A stretch of 64,000 nt of DNA from Octopus vulgaris (taxonomy: Eukaryota): the NCBI GenBank assembly GCA_951406725.2, contig OX597826.1, forward strand, positions 81,034,001 through 81,098,000, written 5' to 3'. Made by a program: the position numbers and the translations under genes. Position 1 is the stretch's first letter. Every line of letters begins with the position of its first letter. Under the pieces are notes generated by a model that saw only the letters and a list, made by a program, of their open reading frames with translations, was not told the origin of the DNA and made no database searches. Shown here piece after piece: positions 1 through 12,510 of the stretch.

Positions 1-339
1 GAATGCCAATGGGTTATGTGTGTTGCAGTATCTGCTTAAAAATCCTGAGGGAACCTCTACATGGTTGCTCACCCGGCTAGAAAAAGTAGCAAAATATCCC
101 TCAAATCATATGCAACCAGCTTTCAAAAAGGGGACTCATTGAATATTGTGGTTCTGGACTCACTATATCTGAATATGAGATGGAATGGTCACAGCTAAAA
201 ATAGTAATCAATTAGATATATATATATATATTTATGAAAACAAGATGTAGTGGTCACAAGTGGAAAGTCTTTGATTCTAGATCTGCTCAATTATATCAAT
301 AACATGTGTTCTTTTTTGTTTGTTTATTTTTTTTTTAAG

Positions 340-1920
340 TTCAAACTAAGCTGAGAAGATTTAAAAGGAAATTGTTCCAGATTTTAAGAACCATAATTTA
401 CCAAGACCTATCTACTTTGGCAGCTTTGCTGACTGGCACCTGGTAACAATAAAAGCATTCTCTTGGATTGAAAGTGAAGTAGTTTGAAGAATTGATGCAA
501 AACTGTTGATTCTCTGTAAAACTTGTGTGATGCCATCTGCGATAGAGTGCTGCTTATGCGATGATAATTGGTTGCTGCTTCTGCTGCTGTTTCTCCCTAA
601 ATCACAACCAAAAGTAGACCAATTAGTTTTATTAACAAAGATTCATTTAATGTTTTAACCACTGGCCGCTCACAGTAACTGGATGTTTCTTCTCGTTACT
701 TCTTGTGCAATAATTGCCTCCTCTTCTTGTCTAAACCATCCTAGACAAATTGATGTACCTACCTCACTCCTCATCATCCCACCTGCATCTCATCTCATCT
801 CTCTACCCTTAGTCATTCCCCCCTCCCACCCCACCACTCAATCTTGACCCATATGTTTGCTACCCGTGTCAACTTCCGGAAGTTTTAGCATGAACCACAT
901 CAACTTCACCTGTTTTGGACAATCTATGAAGAATATGGGTTGGGGGCCAGCCTTACTCCACTGTTGAAGAAAATGGTTTGTCGACTGACTACTTGAAGGT
1001 TTCTGTGTGTCTGTAGATTATCTCTGATGAAGTTCTTAACTTGAAGGTAATCAAGAAATTCAAGAACAGACTGCATAAGTATCAGGAACATCTTAACTTT
1101 GAAACTCATCTTTTAATATGCAGAAAAGGCACATGAAGAAAATGCTAATGTTTGCCATACAACATTCAAGCATTGCCACTATTTTGCCAAATCCTGCTGA
1201 ATTTCACTTAGAATTTTTGGTTCTCCAAAGTTTATAAGTTGACTTTTCTTTTTTCCTGTAAGTTTTGGTCTGCAAAATTCAACCTGTTTGCTGAAGAATA
1301 TGGTATTCATTTACTGACTGTAAAAACTGAAGTGTTTCTTTTTTAACTGTTAATAGATTTTCTCTTTTCGGTGCCATTGTAGAATGGTATCTGTTATTTT
1401 AAAGAAAAATATTCTCTAACTCTGTTTGCAATGGTAATTGTTTGCTATGTGAATGAAAATTTTCTTCTAACAGTAATTTAGAATAACAACCGTTAGGTAC
1501 TTGAATGAAAAAAATGTTCTCTAATCCTAAATAATTAATTGAATGACTACTAATCAGTGTCTTTTTGCACTAAATTAAGAACAAATGAGCACAGGTGGAC
1601 TACATCTGATTAGAAGTTGTTCACCTGATCTCTGCCATAATTCCCACATTTGTGGGTATAAAGGATATTAACCGAGAGGTGAACCAGGGTTGTTGGGATG
1701 GTAGAATAATAAGCTTAGTCTCAATTTTGAGACATTCTAGAATTGTGTTTAGCTTTCTCAGAGATTACCAATATTCTATGTTGCAATGTTGGATTTGTGT
1801 TTATTCTTTAAAGAAATCCTACCATCAATACAAACAGAATGTCTCAAGTGTTTTAGCGTTCTTTTTACATGTTTATTTACTTACCTGTTGTCATGTTCTT
1901 TTTTTTTTTTTTGGTGTGTT

Positions 1921-1952
<32 letters not shown>

Positions 1953-2720
1953 TGTGTGTGTGTGTGTTTGTGTGGTGGTGCAACTTTTTGAAATACTGAG
2001 ATGATGATTAAATTACAAAAGTCAAATTTAGAACTGATGAGTTAACAAAAAGAATCATTGATCAATAGTGAAAAATTTCAGTAATATTTTTTTTTTCTTC
2101 TAATGTTGATTTTTAAAGTTAAAAGCAAAAAGGAATAGAAAAACTTTAACAATACAAAATGTAGTCAGAAAATACAGTATGATGATCTCTGACAATTTAA
2201 ATAAGATTTACTCTTCTCCGCATCTCACCATAAAATCATTAATGATATCAGTTAAATATCAACGTTCACTGGAATTTCAGTTTTGATACATTTACCATTC
2301 TTAATTTGTTAAGTTTTCTGCATCTTACATGATCTCAGATAAATTCGTATAAATTTTGGAAATATTCTTTCAGTGAAAACTTGTTTTTCCTAAAACATTA
2401 CTAGAAATTCTTGAAATTTGAAAATATTTAATTGAAATCAGTTGAAAAATTAGCTCCAGCCAATATATTAAGTTTAATGTGTGTTAAAAGTTTAATCTTT
2501 TAATTTGAGAAAATTTATGATTTGATTATTTTTTGTTCATTATCTAACATATTTTGTTAATCTGTACAAACTGACTGTTTGTTTTCAGTTTTTATTAATA
2601 ACAACTATTTCAGATAGAGCAAGAATTAATTTTTTATATTTCTAATATACTTTAACATTGTTTTTATTGAAAATATCTCCGTATTCGAAATTGTTTAATA
2701 AAAACGTAGTTACATTCTTG
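340..2720 (+). other. Possible terminal exon / long 3'UTR of a gene lying upstream of the window
   Basis: Long T-rich tract ending in AAG (311-339) resembles a splice acceptor, and all three frames stop within 35 codons. The next ~2.4 kb is U-rich and free of recognisable SINEs. AATAAA at 2697-2702 is followed by TG/T-rich sequence. No protein identity can be assigned. Confidence 0.3.
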
Positions 2721-3148
2721 TATGTATTGATTGGACTATTAAACTATTCGTTTGTATTCATTTTGATTAACATTAATCTTGTTTAAAGCAAGCTGAGAGG
2801 CAAGCAGAATGGAACTGATGCATTTGTGAATATGTATGCCCCAAGGAAATGTTCAACTGCTAACAACCTCATTACTGGCAAGAATTATTACAACTCTGTA
2901 CAACATTTTTGAAGTAAATGTTACCAGAGGCAGAAAAAGATACAAGCTAAACATAAATACTGTTTGTGATGAAACAAAGCTCATTTTTTGTTTGTGTGTA
3001 GGTTTGCCTTTTCTGCTCTCTCTATCATTTTAATTTAGCTCTCTAAGACTGATGGAAATTCAGCATTTGGGTGAATTTAACGATAGCATTGCTTGCATAG
3101 CAAAACAATATGAAATTATCTAAAGCTTCCTAACATGTAGTAAACAGT

Positions 3149-3574
3149 AGGCACAGGCATGATTGTGTGGCATTTTGTGCTTCTCTGCCACATGGTTCTG
3201 GGTTCAGTCCCACTGTGTAGCATCTTAACAAACCAGCGCCTTTATGAGTGGATTTGGTAAATAAGAACTGAAAGAACCTCAACATGTTTGCATGACTTTG
3301 TGTGTGTGTGTGTACACATGTATATGTGTGAGTGTGTGTGTGTGCATGTGTTTGTGCCTCCTTGTCTTGACATCGTTGTAAATGAGTGTCACTGTCCTAC
3401 AAGCAGCATTGTTCTGTGAGAACGTAAGCCTGCCATGGAAGAAATATTACCTTGCTTGATAATAGGTGAGGGCTAGCAAGAGGAAGGTCATCTGCCTGTA
3501 GAAAATAACAAATTTGCTTCAATAAACTCCTCCAACCCATGCCAGCATGTAAAAGTGGATGCTAAAATGATGAT
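3149..3574 (+). mobile_element. tRNA-derived SINE family A, variant with (ATG)n tail
   Basis: Head with A-box-like TGATTGTGTGG and B-box-like GGTTCAGTCCC, internal (TG)n, tail CCAACCCATGCCAGCATG...AAATGATGAT shared with family C. Similar copies at ~4021-4450(-), 14170-14470(+), 40432-40800(-). Confidence 0.75.
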
Positions 3575-3596
3575 CTCTCTCCCTCTCTTTCTCTCC

Positions 3597-3641
<45 letters not shown>

Positions 3642-4020
3642 AGAAGCAGTCATATCAAAAGATAATGAATGCAATAAGAAAGCTAGGTAGAGATTGTGGG
3701 GGGAAAGTGCCATCTGTGACTTGCCAATAATATTCTATATTGATTAGGAATTATATATTTTGACCAATGCTTATAAACCATGACCAAAAAAAACAAGAAA
3801 AAAAAACATGGTGAACACACAACAAAGATTGATAGGTTTCTCTGTTGCTGTGTTTGTGATCAGATGACAATGAAGAGTAACAAGTAACGAGGTACCGTAC
3901 CGGAACAGACATCTCCAATTCCTGCCGACATGGGAAAATAAGGAAATACAGTGATGATAATTACTCTTATACAGCTGGGAAGGAACATTTAATATAGCAA
4001 GGCAGAGTAATATGAATATA

Positions 4021-4450
4021 TCATCATCATCATCATCATCATCTTAATGTCCACTTTTCCATGCTTGTGTTGGTCAGAGTTTATTGAGGCAGATTATCTT
4101 TGACCGGATGCCTTCCCTGTTGCCAACCATCACTTGTTTACCAAGTGAGGTAATATTTGTTTTCTTTGACCAGGTATGTTTTTATGAAAGAATGGAAATG
4201 ATGCACACTGCTTGCGTGAAAGGGACACTTGTTTACAACTATCATGGGAAGTCAGGACATAGACATGTGCATGCACATAAACGCACGCGCATGCACACAC
4301 ACACACACACTCTCTCACTCACTCCCTCTCTGTCTCATTTTTCTGTCTACAAAATCCACTCACAAGGCATTGGTCAGCTTGGGGCTATAGCCGAAGACCC
4401 TTCTCCAAGGTACTGAACCTGACTCCATGAATTGAGAAACAAACTACCCC
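4021..4450 (-). mobile_element. SINE family A variant (degenerate)
   Basis: Reverse-complement similarity to 3149-3574: (CAT)n, TTAATGTCCACTTTTCCATGC, AAATCCACTCACAAGGC. Confidence 0.7.
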
Positions 4451-4477
4451 TAGGTATTTAACTGTGTTGCTATGGAT

Positions 4478-4770
4478 ATTGTTCCTTCTCGAGCCACGCC
4501 TGGCTCATAAGGGTCGGTTTCCTTGGCATATAGGTTCCTCACCTGGATGGGACACCGGTCCGTTGCAGGTGAGCTGCAAGATGCAGGAGGAAAGAGTGAG
4601 AGAAAGTCGTGGTGAAAGAGTCAGCAGAAGTTGGCCATTACCTTCTGCTGGAGCCGCGTAGAGATTAGGTGTTTCGCTCATAAACACATACATCACCCGG
4701 TCTGTGATTCGAACCCGCGATCCCTCGACCGCGAGTCTGCTGCTCTAACCACTAGGCCATGTGCCTCCAC
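4478..4770 (-). mobile_element. tRNA-derived SINE family D
   Basis: Minus strand begins GTGGAGGCACATGGCCTAGTGGTTAGAGCAGC...GGGTTCGAATC (A and B boxes). Head is homologous to 27300-27603. The 3' part has CTGCAACGGACCGGTGTCCCATCCAGG, reminiscent of the V-SINE domain. Confidence 0.8.
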
Positions 4771-5334
4771 TATGGGTATGTGATGCATATGTATGCATAT
4801 ATGACCATGCTTGCATGCATGTGTGCAATGCCTGCACACCCATACCCACATATGAACACATGCATGCACATATATTGCACACCCTCCATGCATATACCCG
4901 TACCCTCACAACTGTATTCTGTTCCCTCAGTACCAGGGGTTCGTCTCACTGACCCTGTACAGTTCGCTCGAGACCAACAGTTGATTACACTATATATTTA
5001 TTTTACCCCTTAGATACATGTGTACACTTATACATGTGCACACTTACATGCGTGCAAAATTGTTGCTCCATGAAAAGTGTTGCATCATTCTTGACACGGT
5101 AAATAAAAGTTTCTTGGACGAATGCCAGGAAATGTTTTACCAGGACATCAATATTTTTATTGTTGAGTTTATCGTAATACTGAACCATACTTAATCTCGG
5201 TGACTTACACACACTTACATCTATGCACAGGTATACATACATATATATATATATATATATATTCATGTATTAAAAGTGGACAACATTGCTTGAAAGTTTA
5301 AGATAACATGATAGTGTGAGTTTACACTCACTCA

Positions 5335-5806
<472 letters not shown>

Positions 5807-6503
5807 CTGTAAATATACTGAGTCTTTCTTCTTTCGAGGCAGTTGTGTGATTGGAGAGAGATTTGGCTGGTATTTCTAAAAGATAAAGTGGTTGTACAGA
5901 GATTTCCTAGTCTTGTTGCTGTTGTTGTTCTTTGTGTAGCCCTAGGTCAGCCTTGACCAGTCAGAATTATGATCAAAGGTGATGGTATTGCTGTTGTTTA
6001 GCATCAAATTGGGTCAAATCGATCAAAACTAAAACCAAAAGGAATTGGCAATATTGATACTATTAATATTATTGTATAACATCGAGATTTATGACCAAAA
6101 GTACTTGTTGTAGTGGTGGTGGTGGAGTAGTAGTACTAGTAGTAGTAGAAGCACAGCTCCAGGTTGGTTATGATTAAGCTGATTTGTGATCAAAGGTCAT
6201 GCAGCTATAACGATCCTGTTTTTCTCCAGCCGATAAATTTAACACTACATCACCCAATGTGACCGTCCTTTAATAGTGCTGTGTGCAATGGGAAGGAGCA
6301 TTGGCTACTATTTCTAGCAAGTCCCTCGTAGGAGATTGTGTGACATAATATAGAGGAAGAGAGGGAAGAGAGGCTGATGTGAAATAAAGTGTTCTTCTTG
6401 GAACCACAGGGACACCGGTTGCCAACACACAGTCACTTCATCTCTATGGAATCGGCTCATCAGGGATTTAGCACAAGATAATTTATTGAACAGTATTAAA
6501 ATT

Positions 6504-6815
6504 CTGTTCCATATTTAAGAGTTGAGGAATTATGTACATTATTTACATTATTTACATTTGATAGATATTTGTCCTCATCTTGTTGTAAACACAACGTTTT
6601 GGCTGATATGCCCTCCAGCCTTCATCGGATTCCAAGTTCGATTCCAGGCAGTGACCTGAATAATAATAATAATATCGAAAAATACCATAGGAATGAGAAC
6701 CCAAGTCTGAAATTTCCCCAAGACACCTGATGATGGCTGGAGGGTATATCAGCCGAAACGTGTTAACAACAAACAAGATGAGGAGAAATATCCGTCAAAT
6801 GTAAATAATGTAAAT
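6504..6815. mobile_element. Penelope-like non-autonomous repeat with inverted duplicated 3' end and decayed hammerhead motifs
   Basis: ~87-bp inverted arms (6540-6626 / 6729-6816). Each arm holds a CTGATGA-GGCTG..CAGCC-GAAAC-like core. Flanked by an imperfect 12-bp direct repeat AGTATTAAAATT (6492-6503) / AGTGTTAAAATT (6816-6827). Confidence 0.65.
6722..6764 (+). ncRNA. Minimal type I hammerhead ribozyme motif, probably inactive copy
   Basis: GACAC-CUGAUGA-U-GGCUG[GAGGGUAUAU]CAGCC-GAAAC-GUGUU. The GUU cleavage triplet present in the inverted arm is deleted here. Confidence 0.55.
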
Positions 6816-7055
6816 AGTGTTAAAATTGTTTTTCATTAGAAATATTAGTGAATTATGATAGAACTGTCGAATAATCTAAATCTAGTTCATACTTTCAGGG
6901 TATTAATTAAATTGGGGAGCTAAAATTATATCATCATCATCATAATGTCCGAGGCAAATTTTCCTCACCGTTATCTGTTTCCTAGCAACGTAATATTTCC
7001 CAATGACCAGACATGTTTTCACAGAATACTGAAAAGGAATTATATTCATTTACAA

Positions 7056-7353
7056 CAGTGATTCCCAAACCTTTTCAGGTTGGCACCCACTTGGCACCCA
7101 GGCCACAGTCCTAATACTCCCACACCCCACCCACCACCACAAACGTTGACCAATTCCTGCAACAAATTCAAAACAATTGTATTTCATAAATGAAACTTAA
7201 CCTAGTTAACACCATAATTTTGTTGTTTTTACATCCATTGGCCCCATTTTGGCTACCCTATTATTGCCCCTACCTTTCTTCAATGCTCTCTGCTGAATCT
7301 TTCCCCACCCACAGGGGTGGAGGGAACAGTACTGCCCCCTTTGGGAACCACTG
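7056..7353. mobile_element. hAT-type MITE
   Basis: TIRs CAGTGATTCCCAAA / TTTGGGAACCACTG; near-TSD ATTTACAA / ATTTCACAA; inserted in a SINE fragment; homologous to 40138-40415. Confidence 0.8.
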
Positions 7354-7734
7354 ATTTCACAACATTACACAATGTCAAGGCTGAGACACAAACATACACA
7401 CAAACACATACATGCATGCATGCATGCGTGTGTGTGTGTGTGTGTGTGTGTATGTTTTTCTTTTGTTTGTTTCAGTCATGTGACTGTGGCCATTCTGAAG
7501 CACTGCCTTTAGTCAAACAAATCAACCCCAGGACTTATTCTTTGTAAGCCTAGTACTTATTCTATCAGTCTCTCTCTCTTTTTTTTTTTTTTGCTGAACA
7601 GCTAATTTACAGGGATGTAAATGCACCAACATTGGTTGTCAAACGATGGGCGGGGTGGAAAAACAGACACACAAGTATATACCCGTCCAACCCATGCTAG
7701 CATGGAAAGCGGACATTAAATGATGATGATGATG

Positions 7735-7766
<32 letters not shown>

Positions 7767-7885
7767 GATGGGCTTCTTTCAGTTTCCCTCTACCATATCC
7801 ACTCACAAGGCTTTGGCCCGAGGCTGTAGTAAAAGACACTTGCCCAAGGTGCCATGTGGTTGGGAAGCAAGCTTCTTACCACACA

Positions 7886-8410
7886 TCACGCGGAATTCTG
7901 TTCTTGATTCAACGGTCATTCGGAATGCTCACAGCAGCCATATTCCTACCACTCTATGTCATGCTGGTGAGACCCATATTGGAGTATGGGATTCAAGCCT
8001 CTTCTCCTTATCTCCTCAAAGACATACAGCATCTCGAAAGAGTCCAGAAGCTGGCTACCCGCATGGTTCATGGTCTCAAAAATTTGTCCTACGAAGAAAG
8101 GCTGAGGACGCTCGACCTTTATTCTCTTGAAAAACGCCGCCGTGGTGATCTCATTCTCGCCCACAACATCATAAGCGGAAAGTGTAACCTCTCGAAAGAG
8201 CTGTTCTTCACTCCTGCTCCAGAGCGTCGGCTGCGGGGTCATTCCGAAAAGCTCTACCTGCGACGATTTCATCTCAATCGAAGGAGAGGGGCTCTCTCCG
8301 TCCGGGTTGCGGATCCGTGGAACAAGCTGCCAGACGAGATGGTGAAGATGCCGACGACCGCGTTGTTCAAAGCCTCCCTTGACCTCAAGTGGCCTGAACT
8401 CTTTACATGA
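7886..8410 (+). pseudogene. LINE ORF2 C-terminal fragment (174 codons, uninterrupted)
   Basis: Part of track ORF 7856-8410; its first 10 codons come from the host SINE, so it has no genuine start. Confidence 0.85.
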
Positions 8411-8497
8411 ACACCACCCTGTACTTAACTCCATGTCCCCCTACATGGCCTTGCTATTTGCTTTTGAGCCAAATTAACTAACTAACTAACTAACTAA
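7886..8497 (+). mobile_element. 5'-truncated CR1-clade LINE (ORF2 C-terminus, 3'UTR and (TAAC)5 tail)
   Basis: Open frame with CR1-type motifs LYVMLVRPILEY, LERVQKLATRMV, LSYEERLRTLDLYSLEKRRRGDLI, LRGHSEKL, RVADPWNKLP; short 3'UTR; tandem (TAAC)5TAA tail at 8475-8497; no TSD. Confidence 0.9.
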
Positions 8498-8720
8498 GTC
8501 ACTCCTGCACCTATACACACAAACACACACACATACACACACACACACACAGAGCTTGTTTCAGTTGACGCAGGAGGCTTTGGTTGGCTTGGGGCTGTAG
8601 CAGAAGACACTCATCCAAGGTGCCATGCAGTGGGACTGAACCTGACTTCACGTGGTTTGAACACCAAACTTAACTGCACTGACACACCTGCCCCTCCCTC
8701 TCTCCCTCGCTCTCTTACAT

Positions 8721-8937
8721 ATTACTCTTTTACTTGTTTCAGTCATTTGACTGCAGCCATGCTGGAGCACCGCCTTTACTCGAGCAAATTGACCCCGGGA
8801 CTTATTCTTTGTAAGCCCAGTACTTATTCTATCGGTCTCTTTTGCTGAAACGCTAAGTGACGGGGGACGTAAACACACACCAGCATCGGTTATCAAGCAA
8901 TGCTAGGGGGACAAACACACACACACAAACACACACG

Positions 8938-8981
<44 letters not shown>

Positions 8982-9133
8982 TACGACAGGCTTCTTTCAG
9001 TTTCCGTCTACCAAATCCACTCACAAGGCATTGGTCGGCCCGGGGCTATAGCAGAAGACACTTGCCCAAGGTGCCACACAGTGGGACTGAACCCAGAACC
9101 ATGTGGTTGGTTAGCAAGCTACTTACCACACAG
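8721..9133 (-). mobile_element. SINE family A, near full length
   Basis: TACTCTTTTACTTGTTTCAGTCATTTGACTG...AAATCCACTCACAAGGC...GGGACTGAACCCAGAACCATGTGG; high similarity to 18745-19161 and 47180-47575. Confidence 0.9.
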
Positions 9134-9700
9134 CACCAACAAAAACCGCAAAACGTCCATTCCAATTGAAATAATTCACGGTTGATAAATTTGTAATAGT
9201 TCCCCTGTATCAATAAATTGAATTATTTTATTCATTCACAGCATCATTTATTAACTGAATACAATTCTGATGAACATTATTTTAATTCAGCTTCATTTAT
9301 TTATTTATTTATTTATCTAAAAAAAAAAAATGTTTTCTTGTTTTGTAGAAAATTTTAAATTTGTTTCAAAAATAGAATTATCAATAAGCAGCGTAACTGC
9401 TATAGCATTTTCATCTCTGCGTAAAATGTTCTTTGATAAATATTGTTTTTGTACTGGGTTTCTTTTTTTAATTAAATATGTTATATTTAACATTTCATAT
9501 TGAGTCAAAACCAGTTAACTGATTATATATGTATATATAAATATACACACACACACACACACACATATATTATAAATAATCGATAGAAGTTAATATTAAT
9601 AATAAAAAATATATACATACTCATATTCTGACTTCTATTTTCATGTTTTTATCACCAAATGTATGTGTGTGTATAAAATATATCTACACACATATATAAA

Positions 9701-9925
9701 TCGAGCTGGCAGAAACGTTAGCGCGCCAGGCGAAATGCTTAGTGGTATTTCATCTGCCGTTACGTTCTGAGTTCAAATTCCGCTGAGGTTGACTTTGCCT
9801 TTCATCCTTTCTGGGTCGATAAATATAGTACCAGTTTCGCGCTGGGGTCGAAATAATCGACTTAATCCCTTTGTTTGTTCTTGTTTGTCCCCTCTATGTT
9901 TAGCCCCTTGTGGGTAGTAAAGAAA
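9701..9925 (+). mobile_element. tRNA-related SINE family B
   Basis: GAGCTGGCAGAAACGTTAGC...GAGTTCAAATTCC (B-box-like), core GACTTTGCCTTTCATCCTTTC.GGGTCGATAAA..AGTACCAG (resembles the MetaSINE central domain, from memory), tail GTAGTAAAGAAA. More than 12 copies in the window. Confidence 0.85.
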
Positions 9926-10074
9926 AATATATATGTACACCTACATGACATGTATGTACATGCAACAAAACTCCCATAAACTAGAAACCCCTAAACATGT
10001 ATTTCTTTTACCAGAATTAGAATCCCTCTGAGGGGCAATCATGCAATATCAATGTATGGTACAATAACTAACTG

Positions 10075-10385
10075 GCCCTCTGTTACAGGGACAAGGGTTC
10101 CAGTCGACCCAATTGACAAAACAGGCCGCTTGTGATGAACCTGCAAGTGGCTGAGCGCTCCACAGACACATGTACCCTTAATGTTGTTCTCAGGGAAATT
10201 CAGCACGACACAGAGTGTGGCCAGGCTGGCCCTTTAAAACACAGGTACTACTCATTTTTTGCCAGTTGAGTGAACCGGAGTAACATGAAATAAAGTGTCT
10301 TGCTCAAGGACACGCTACCAGGAATGGAACTCGGGACCTTATGATTGGGAGCTGAATATCTTAGCCTCTAAGTCACACGTCTTCT
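10075..10385 (-). mobile_element. tRNA-derived SINE family E
   Basis: Minus strand has a degenerate tRNA head followed by GTGTCCTTGAGCAAGACACTTTATTTCATGTT; a second fragment lies at ~45150-45300. Confidence 0.65.
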
Positions 10386-11559
10386 TGTATGGTATAATAT
10401 GTACAACAAACCTGTTTTAGAAGCCAAGAACACCTAAACAAGTTTAACCATGCAAGGACTAGAATTTTAACGAAGGACAATGCAGTCCTGGGATCCATCC
10501 GACCCTGTCAAACCCATGCCAGCATGGAACAGGAATGTTAAATGATGGTAGTGGTGATGATGATGATAACTGTGTGTATGTGTAGTAGTGGTGATGGCGA
10601 GGGGGGGTGGATTTAAAAAATTTTACAAAATAAATAAAAATTGTAGAAATTTTTTTAAAAGTTATTTTTATTTTTGGAAACAGATAATAAAAAATATAAT
10701 ACATTTAGATAAATAACCCCCGAAACTGGATTTTTTTTTCTCCTTTCTTTTCGATGTGGCAATATTTCTCTGTTGCAGTAAAGATTGTAATTGCGAATCA
10801 TTTGTTGGCATCCGGCCAGTTGTCTTGTTTTAGTGCTGTCTCTGGAAGTTTAATACGGAAATTCTAGATAACTTATAGATATTGTCATTCTAAGAAGAGT
10901 CGAAGTGGGGATTGTTAATTGCTGGTGTTCAGTTTATTTTTGATACCTTTCTTTAATTTCTTCCTTCCTGTCTTCTTCTTTCTTTCATTCTCTCTTCCCT
11001 CCACCCTCCTCCCCTTTCCTGTACAAACAAACCTACCGTTTCTCTAGAGTCTGGCAACTGAGCAAGATGAATGAGCTCGGCGGGAGGGAAGCGGCAGGGG
11101 AGGTGGAAAATGATATGAGGAGGAGGAGGAGGAAGAGGAACCAGGTGAGAAAGGGGGGAGAAACTGTGAGGAGAGAGAGAGAGAGAGAGAGAGTGAGTGA
11201 TGAAGAGGTGTGAAGAAGAAACTGAGAGTGCAAGAGGAGGAAAAGCGAGAGGAAGAGTAAAATGGTGTGAGAGAGAAATGAGCAGGAGAGAGAGAGAGAT
11301 GGAGAGACTGGAAACAAAATCGAAGAGATTTTGAGATTTCCATGTTGGCTGTATGTGCATCTCTGTGTGTGTATGTATGTGTGAGAATGTGTGAGTGTGT
11401 GTGTGTGTGTGTGTGTGGGCTGAGTTCTATTTCAAGAGATGTTTACCATATTGTTAGAAGTTGGTCTGCCAACAGAAGAACAGAGAAACTTTATAATGGA
11501 ATAATCTTTGTATTTGCTGCACCAATTTTCTCACATATCACTTTGCAACTTGAAGAACA

Positions 11560-11590
<31 letters not shown>

Positions 11591-11749
11591 TGTGTTTGGT
11601 GGTAGGTATAATCCATATTTTGTAATATATAGTAAAACATTCCATGGGTGTATGTGTGGTTTCATGCATATGTAATGTATGTATATGGACATGCTTATGT
11701 GCTTGTGTATGTATTCAAATGTATGTATCTATCATTTATATATATATCT

Positions 11750-11933
11750 CATCATCATCATCATCGTTTAGCATCCGCTTTCCATGCTAGCATAGGTTGG
11801 ACGGTTCAACTGGGGTCTGGGAAGCCAGAAGGCTGCACCAGGCCCAGTCTGATCTGGCAATGTTTCTACAGCTGGATGCCCTTCCTAACACCAACCACTA
11901 CGTGAGTGTAGTGGGTGATTTTTATGTGTCACC

Positions 11934-11934
<1 letters not shown>
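11750..11934 (-). mobile_element. SINE family C 3' part with (ATG)n tail
   Basis: Reverse complement of 34740-34922. Other copies at 17753-17910(-), 18053-18270(-), 42224-42430(-), 55530-55712(+), 60140-60250(+), 63588-63800(-). Confidence 0.8.
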
Positions 11935-11979
<45 letters not shown>

Positions 11980-12137
11980 CTATACCTACCTACACACATA
12001 CATGCATGCACATGCATCTGTTTGCATGTGAATGTAAGATGGGGTAGAGTATTTAAATTTTTAGTAATTTAGGAATTGGTGACCTCTACTAAAATCAGGG
12101 AAGCAATTCTTGGTCCATTTTTATCATACACACTTGA

Positions 12138-12327
12138 TTCAGTCATTTGGACAGTGGCCATACTAGGGGCACCGCTATGAAAGGATGAGTTGTACAGATT
12201 GACCCTAGTATTTATTTTTAAGTTTGGTACTTATTCTATCGGTCTCTTTTGTTGAACTGCTAAGTTACAGGGATGTAAACAAACCAACATCTTTGTCATG
12301 TGGGAATAAGGACACACTTACACAGCA

Positions 12328-12362
<35 letters not shown>

Positions 12363-12510
12363 ATCTTTCACACAGCTTCTGTCTGCTAGGATCACTCACA
12401 AGGTATTTGTCATCCTAGAGCTATAGTTGAAGATACTTGCCCCAAGGTGCTGTACAGTGGGATTGAACCCAGAACCACCTGGTTGCAAAGTAAGCTTCTT
12501 AACTACTCAA
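12138..12510 (-). mobile_element. SINE family A (degenerate)
   Basis: TTCAGTCATTTGGAC...GTACTTATTCTATCGGTCTC...GGGATTGAACCCAGAACC. Confidence 0.75.

Larger units (their letters stand above)
7458..8513 (-). mobile_element. SINE family A copy interrupted by a LINE (7886-8497) and by an orphan family-C tail (7681-7736)
   Basis: SINE sequence ...CTTACCACACA (7885) resumes as GTCACTCCTGCACCT (8498); contiguous in other copies such as 19136-19161. Confidence 0.85.

Noticed and set aside
7946-8434. 162-aa minus-strand ORF
   Set aside because: Antisense shadow of the GC-rich LINE ORF2.
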